This document shows, one piece after another, positions 59,118-64,000 of a stretch of 64,000 bases of DNA. Positions within the stretch are counted from its first letter, which is position 1. Each line of letters begins with the position of its first letter. The notes below the pieces were generated by a model. The model saw nothing but the letters and a program-made list of their open reading frames with translations. It made no database searches and was not told the origin of the DNA. The position numbers and the translations under genes are program-made. Source of the DNA: Candidatus Competibacteraceae bacterium (GTDB lineage Bacteria; Bacteroidota; Bacteroidia; CAIKAF01). Location: NCBI GenBank assembly GCA_014879445.1, contig JACSSC010000032.1, positions 75,164-139,163 of the forward strand, in the 5' to 3' direction.

Positions 59118-61433
59118 ATGAAAAATCTTATACTATCCTTTTTTGTTGTTTTGGCTCTTTCCATTATAGATTTGTGGGCGCAACCTATTGATGCAGGGCC
59201 AAATCTGAGTGTTTGTCCAGGCACATCGGTAACACTAGATGCAGTTATAAATCCAGGCATGCCTGCTGCAGGACCCGAAACGCAAATCCCCAATATCATG
59301 TCGTGCGATGATTGCAGTTCTCCGGTCATCAATATTGGTTTTACATTTACATTTTATGGGATTAATTACACTCAATGCGTAGTAACTTCAAATGGTTATA
59401 TTACTTTCAATTTAGCTAATGCTAATGGATATTCGCCCTGGTCAATTTCAAGTGGGATTCCTAATCCTTCACTTCCCATAAACGCCATTATGGCACCTTG
59501 GCAAGATATTAATCCAAATCTAACCCCTGCTAACGATATCATTCGTTATCAAACATTTGGAACGGCGCCCAATCGTGTGTTTATTGTTGAATATCTTGAT
59601 GTGGGTATGTTTAGCTGCGGAACAAGTTTTTGCTATGGCTCTCAAATAAAGCTCTACGAAAGCACTAATGTAATCGAAACCCATATTGCCAATAAACCTC
59701 TTTGTGCCAGTTGGAATAGCGGATATGCCATCCATGGGCTGCATAACTCAACAGGGACTTTGGCTGCCGTTGTACCAGGTCGCAATTTCCCGAATCAATG
59801 GGTGGCTACTAATGATGGCAAGCGATTCACACCCAATGGTGCTAATTATACCATCTCCAATATACCTTTCAACCCAACCATTTTAGGCACAATTCCTCCG
59901 GCTTCATCATTTCAATGGTTTGTTGCAGGTAATCCTACTGTGATAGGCACAGGGACATCACTTACCACAACACCTACTACCACAACAAACTATGTAATTA
60001 AATATACATATTCTTCATGCGGTGGTTTTTCATTTACCGACACAGTAAAAGTTACCATGTCAAACCTAACTCCTACCGTCACAGGCAATAACCAATATTG
60101 CGCTGGCAATAATACTACGCTAAGCACTACCAACGCTTACGCATCGTACCAGTGGTCGAATGGCGCCACAACTTCAAGTATAGATGTTACTGCCGGCTCA
60201 TATACCGTGCAAGTAACTGATGCCAATGGTTGTACTGGGAATTCGCCAGCATTCACAGTTACTGAAAATCCGCTTCCACAACCCATTATTTCAGGGCTTA
60301 CTGAATATTGTATAGGTGATAGTGTGCAGTTGCAAACAACAACTCCTTATTCGGCGTATGAATGGAGTTCAGGAGCTATTACCGCTAATACCTACGTGCA
60401 AGCAGGTTCATACACAGTAACAGTTACGGATGCCAATGGATGTATTAATTCATCACAGGCATTTGATGTGGTTGAAAACTCATTACCTGTTCCAATAATT
60501 CAGGGACTGTCAATTTATTGCGAAGGTGGTCCTAATACTTTAAATACAAGTGTTCCATACGCCCAATATGCATGGTCGAATGCCTCTACAAACGCTGATA
60601 TCACACTTTACGGAGGTAGTGGCACCTATACTGTAACGGTTACAGATGCCAATGGATGCACAGGCACATCTGCCCCATTTCAAACTACAGAGGTGATTCT
60701 TTATCCGGCTATTAATGGTATTCAGCCATTTTGTGAAGGAACATCCATTCCTGTTGGCGTTGATAATGGGCCGTATGCACAGTATACCTGGAGCAATGGT
60801 GATCAATCTGAATTTACTTTGGCCACCGGAGGCAATTATCAAGTTATAGTAACCGATATAAATGGCTGTACAAAATCCGCCTCAGCTTTTATTCCCGCTA
60901 CACCTAGCCCCATTGCCTCTTTCTACGCAACGCCCCAACCGGCATTGATTTCCGAACCTATGGTCAATTTTATTAATACATCCTCTGCTGATGCTGTCAA
61001 TTATCAATGGAACTTTGCCAGTTTTGGTACATCAACCGAAGAAAACCCCTACTTTGAATTTGAAGAATCTGGTTTTTTTGATGTTACGCTACAGGTTTGG
61101 AATTATTTAGGTTGTACTGCTACAGTTACCGAAACCATTGAAATTAAACCACAAAGTTTGATATTTATCCCCAATGCCTTTACGCCTAACGGTGATGAGT
61201 TAAACCCAACATTTTTCCCATCAGGCAACAACCTAGTTGGGAAGCATATTGAAGTGCATGTGTACAATCGATGGGGTCAACGAATGTATTATGGTACATC
61301 GCCTGATAAACCTTGGGATGGTACTTATGAAGGCGAACCCTGTCCGCCTGGAATATATATATATCGTATCTTCTATAAAGACGATGAAGCAAAGATATAT
61401 CGTTTCATGGGGCATGTGAACCTGATTCGCTAA
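59118..61433 (+). CDS. Secreted cell-surface protein: novel N-terminal domain (homologous to that of the 49604..53491 protein) + four SprB-type repeats + PKD-like domain + T9SS type B C-terminal sorting domain
   Basis: Signal peptide MKNLILSFFVVLALSIIDLWAQ. SprB repeats with Y.Y.WS.G...GSYTVTVTDANGC. C-terminus IFIPNAFTPNGDELNPTF...VYNRWGQRMY...GHVNLIR. Confidence 0.8.
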   Translation: MKNLILSFFVVLALSIIDLWAQPIDAGPNLSVCPGTSVTLDAVINPGMPAAGPETQIPNIMSCDDCSSPVINIGFTFTFYGINYTQCVVTSNGYITFNLANANGYSPWSISSGIPNPSLPINAIMAPWQDINPNLTPANDIIRYQTFGTAPNRVFIVEYLDVGMFSCGTSFCYGSQIKLYESTNVIETHIANKPLCASWNSGYAIHGLHNSTGTLAAVVPGRNFPNQWVATNDGKRFTPNGANYTISNIPFNPTILGTIPPASSFQWFVAGNPTVIGTGTSLTTTPTTTTNYVIKYTYSSCGGFSFTDTVKVTMSNLTPTVTGNNQYCAGNNTTLSTTNAYASYQWSNGATTSSIDVTAGSYTVQVTDANGCTGNSPAFTVTENPLPQPIISGLTEYCIGDSVQLQTTTPYSAYEWSSGAITANTYVQAGSYTVTVTDANGCINSSQAFDVVENSLPVPIIQGLSIYCEGGPNTLNTSVPYAQYAWSNASTNADITLYGGSGTYTVTVTDANGCTGTSAPFQTTEVILYPAINGIQPFCEGTSIPVGVDNGPYAQYTWSNGDQSEFTLATGGNYQVIVTDINGCTKSASAFIPATPSPIASFYATPQPALISEPMVNFINTSSADAVNYQWNFASFGTSTEENPYFEFEESGFFDVTLQVWNYLGCTATVTETIEIKPQSLIFIPNAFTPNGDELNPTFFPSGNNLVGKHIEVHVYNRWGQRMYYGTSPDKPWDGTYEGEPCPPGIYIYRIFYKDDEAKIYRFMGHVNLIR
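60060..60900 (+). repeat. Four tandem ~210-nt coding repeats encoding SprB-type repeats
   Basis: Recurrent peptide pattern C.G....L.T...Y..Y.WSNG.T...I.V.AGSYTVTVTDANGC at about 70-aa spacing. Confidence 0.6.
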
Positions 61434-61510
61434 AGCAATTTTCTATTTTAGGTGTTACTAATGTTACTTTGCAAAACGGCAAATATTAAGATATTTGCAC
61501 AAAAAAATTC

Positions 61511-62464
61511 ATGAGCATGGAAAAACAATCTCCGATTCAATGTTTGATATTGGGCTCCGGACCTGCAGGTTACACAGCCGCCATTTATGCAGCACGCGCC
61601 GGTTTAAGACCTGTACTTTATACCGGCTCACAACCCGGAGGACAACTTACGATTACGACCGAAGTGGAAAATTTTCCTGGATACCCAGAAGGGATAATGG
61701 GACCCGAAATGATGGAAAATTTCAGAAAACAAGCAGAGCGGTTTCAAACTGATATACGTTATGGACTGGCAACGGGAGTAGATTTTTCGAAACGTCCTTT
61801 TAAAATTACCATTGATGAAAGTGAGGAAATATTTGCTGAAACGGTAATTATAAGTACAGGAGCGTCGGCCAAGTGGTTGGGCTTAGAATCAGAGCAACGT
61901 CTGAACGGGCATGGAGTATCGGCTTGTGCCGTTTGCGATGGATTTTTCTTCAAAGGCCAAGATGTTGCCATCGTAGGGGGTGGCGATACTGCTTGTGAAG
62001 AAGCTGCATATTTGTCAAAAATCTGTAATAAGGTGTATATGTTGGTTCGTCGTGATGAACTTCGTGCTTCACGTATTATGCAAAAACGAGTGCTCAATGC
62101 TCCTAATATTGAAGTATTGTTCAATCACTCGACGGTTGAGATTCTTGGAGAAGATTCTGTATCCGGCATATTGGTGAAAGACCACTTATCAGGCGAAGAG
62201 AAAACATTGAACGTAACCGGATTTTTTGTAGCTATTGGTCATAAGCCGAATACTGATATTTTTAAGAATTGGCTTGATATGGACGAAAGCGGATATTTAA
62301 TTACTACACCTGGAACCACACAAACCAAAATTCCGGGTGTTTTCGCTGCCGGAGATGCTCAGGATAAAGTTTACAGACAAGCTGTAACCGCAGCCGGTAC
62401 GGGTTGTATGGCAGCCCTTGAAGCTGAAAGATTTTTGGCTGCAGAAGAAGCCGGTGCTGAATAA
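61511..62464 (+). CDS. trxB: Thioredoxin-disulfide reductase
   Basis: FAD motif ILGSGPAGYTAA. Redox-active CAVCDG. NADPH motif AIVGGGDTACEEA. 317 aa. Confidence 0.95.
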   Translation: MSMEKQSPIQCLILGSGPAGYTAAIYAARAGLRPVLYTGSQPGGQLTITTEVENFPGYPEGIMGPEMMENFRKQAERFQTDIRYGLATGVDFSKRPFKITIDESEEIFAETVIISTGASAKWLGLESEQRLNGHGVSACAVCDGFFFKGQDVAIVGGGDTACEEAAYLSKICNKVYMLVRRDELRASRIMQKRVLNAPNIEVLFNHSTVEILGEDSVSGILVKDHLSGEEKTLNVTGFFVAIGHKPNTDIFKNWLDMDESGYLITTPGTTQTKIPGVFAAGDAQDKVYRQAVTAAGTGCMAALEAERFLAAEEAGAE

Positions 62465-63241
62465 TTAAATAGCTAATTTCATTCCATCATATGCAAGTCG
62501 AATATGGGATGGAAGTTCCGCCTCCACTTCATTATGCAATCCCATCAAATGGCTTATATGTGTAAAATATCCATATTCGGGTTTGATATATTCCATAATG
62601 CTAAGCGCCTGTTCAAGGTTAAAGTGTGAGATATGGCTTTGTTTCCGTAAAGCATTTAATACCACAATACGAGCTCCTTTTAATTTCTCTAATTCATCAT
62701 CAGGAATACTGTTTGCGTCTGTAATATAAACAAAGTCATAGATACGAAATCCTAAAACGGGAAGGCGATGATGAAAAACACGAATGGGGACGAAGGGAAT
62801 ATCGCCAATTTGAAATGAATTCTTTTCGTCAATAGGTATGATATCCATTTCTGGCACACCCGGATATTTAGATTCAGAAAATGCATAAAAGAAATCGCGT
62901 CGGATAGCTGTTTCTACCAACCGTGTGCAATAAACAGGCATATTCTTTTGTTGTACATAATTATATGCCCTGATGTCATCTAACCCAGCAATGTGGTCTT
63001 TGTGTTCGTGCGTAAAAACAACGGCATCAAGTTTTGTAATGTTATGTATGAGCATTTGCTGCCGAAAGTCGGGGCCGGTATCAATCACTACTGAGGTATT
63101 CTCTGAACGTACCAGAATAGAGCTTCTCAATCTTATATCATGTACATGTTTTGATTTGCAAACTAAACAAGGGCAAGCAATTACAGGTACCCCTTGAGAT
63201 GTTCCCGTTCCTAAAAAAAGTATTTCCAAGCCACGACTCAT
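62465..63241 (-). CDS. MBL-fold metallo-hydrolase (PhnP/ElaC-like)
   Basis: HxHxDH motif FTHEHKDHIAGLDD. 258 aa. Confidence 0.75.
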   Translation of the reverse strand: MSRGLEILFLGTGTSQGVPVIACPCLVCKSKHVHDIRLRSSILVRSENTSVVIDTGPDFRQQMLIHNITKLDAVVFTHEHKDHIAGLDDIRAYNYVQQKNMPVYCTRLVETAIRRDFFYAFSESKYPGVPEMDIIPIDEKNSFQIGDIPFVPIRVFHHRLPVLGFRIYDFVYITDANSIPDDELEKLKGARIVVLNALRKQSHISHFNLEQALSIMEYIKPEYGYFTHISHLMGLHNEVEAELPSHIRLAYDGMKLAI

Positions 63242-64000
63242 GATGTCGCAATGTTTGTCTTAAGTTCAATAATTTGCGTTATGATTTCTTCAGCTAACTG
63301 ATTGGCTTGTTTCTCATTTTTGGATTCTGCATAAATGCGAATAATGGGTTCAGTGTTAGATCTGCGCAAATGAACCCATCCTGATTCAAATTCAATACGT
63401 AATCCATCCTCTGTATTGATTGGATGATGAGCATAATGTAAGGCCAGTTTATCAAGGAGCGAATCTAATGGAATATCTGCTGTTAATTCGATTTTATTTT
63501 TTGAAATTACATAGGCCGGAAAGCTATCACGAAGAGATGAAGCAGTTGATTTTTTATGAGCAAGATGACTTAAAAACAATGCGATGCCAACAAGAGCATC
63601 ACGCCCATAATGCAAAGCGGGATAGATAACACCGCCATTTCCTTCGCCACCAATAACAGCATGAATCTCTTTCATTCTTTTTACTACGTTTACTTCTCCA
63701 ACAGCAGCCGACTCGTATCTATGTCCTTTTTGCTCGGTAATATCTTTAAGCGCACGTGTTGACGATAAATTAGAAACAGTATTGCCAGGAGTATGCTCAA
63801 GAATATAGTCGGCCACAGCTACGAGTGTATATTCTTCGCCAAACATACTGCCATCTTCACAAACCATGGCTAATCGGTCCACATCAGGATCTACTGTTAT
63901 ACCAAGGTCACATTTTTCTTGAACAACCCAATAAGATAAATCGGCGAGATGTGCAGGCAAGGGCTCTGGATTGTGTGGGAAATGCCCGTTGGGTTCGCAG
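63238..64000 (-). CDS. Alpha-D-phosphohexomutase family (phosphoglucosamine mutase / phosphomannomutase-like), C-terminal portion; the N-terminus lies beyond the window end
   Basis: DPDVDRL fits the sugar-binding-loop motif. GGEGNGG fits the family motif. The ORF is open to the window edge. Confidence 0.7.
   Translation of the reverse strand, partial: CEPNGHFPHNPEPLPAHLADLSYWVVQEKCDLGITVDPDVDRLAMVCEDGSMFGEEYTLVAVADYILEHTPGNTVSNLSSTRALKDITEQKGHRYESAAVGEVNVVKRMKEIHAVIGGEGNGGVIYPALHYGRDALVGIALFLSHLAHKKSTASSLRDSFPAYVISKNKIELTADIPLDSLLDKLALHYAHHPINTEDGLRIEFESGWVHLRRSNTEPIIRIYAESKNEKQANQLAEEIITQIIELKTNIATS

Overview
This 64-kb window looks like Bacteroidota chromosome: AT-rich, with T9SS type A and type B C-terminal sorting domains, SprB-type repeats, a gldE-like gene, a bactofilin/AtpZ-type F0F1 ATP synthase operon layout, and candidate -33 TTG / -7 TAnnTTTG promoter boxes. 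It is densely coding, mostly housekeeping. I found no rRNA, tRNA, CRISPR array, transposase or integrase.

The main blocks are:
- **1-2.5 kb:** a partial NlpC/P60 peptidase and a TPR/PD40/OmpA protein.
- **2.5-24.9 kb:** a 22-kb run of genes all on the minus strand: ansA, tatD, the F-type ATPase genes atpB-E-F-H-A-G (with upstream bactofilin and AtpZ-like genes), an omega-amidase plus aminotransferase pair, radA, and a 7-gene catabolic cluster. That cluster runs family-III CoA-transferase -> IorA fused to a GltD-like flavoprotein -> IorB -> the three subunits of a xanthine-dehydrogenase-family molybdoenzyme (2Fe-2S, Mo, FAD) -> HisC-like aminotransferase.
- **25-35 kb:** an accessory-looking stretch with a P-domain T9SS protein, two tandem paralogous small membrane proteins, a Tat-signal class-V PLP enzyme, an EEP phosphoesterase, an amidinotransferase-fold enzyme, a PhoD-like phosphatase and a PETase-like alpha/beta hydrolase carrying a T9SS domain.
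- **35-49 kb:** an ABC-F ATPase, surE, lpxB, rpoN, a GH3-family protein, an rluB-like gene with a long basic N-terminal extension, yraN, a ppiD-like gene and a gldE-like gene.
- **49.6-61.4 kb:** two divergently placed T9SS type-B SprB-repeat proteins that share an unannotated ~250-aa N-terminal domain.
- **61.5-64 kb:** trxB, an MBL-fold hydrolase and a partial phosphohexomutase.

The most interesting items are the IorA-GltD fusion and its operon, the paired SprB-repeat/T9SS-B proteins with the shared N-terminal domain, a ~120-bp GC-rich hairpin element at 49.47-49.59 kb, intrinsic-terminator-like hairpins inside the atp operon, and the Tat-exported PLP enzyme.

All protein calls come from reading motifs by eye. 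No database search was run.
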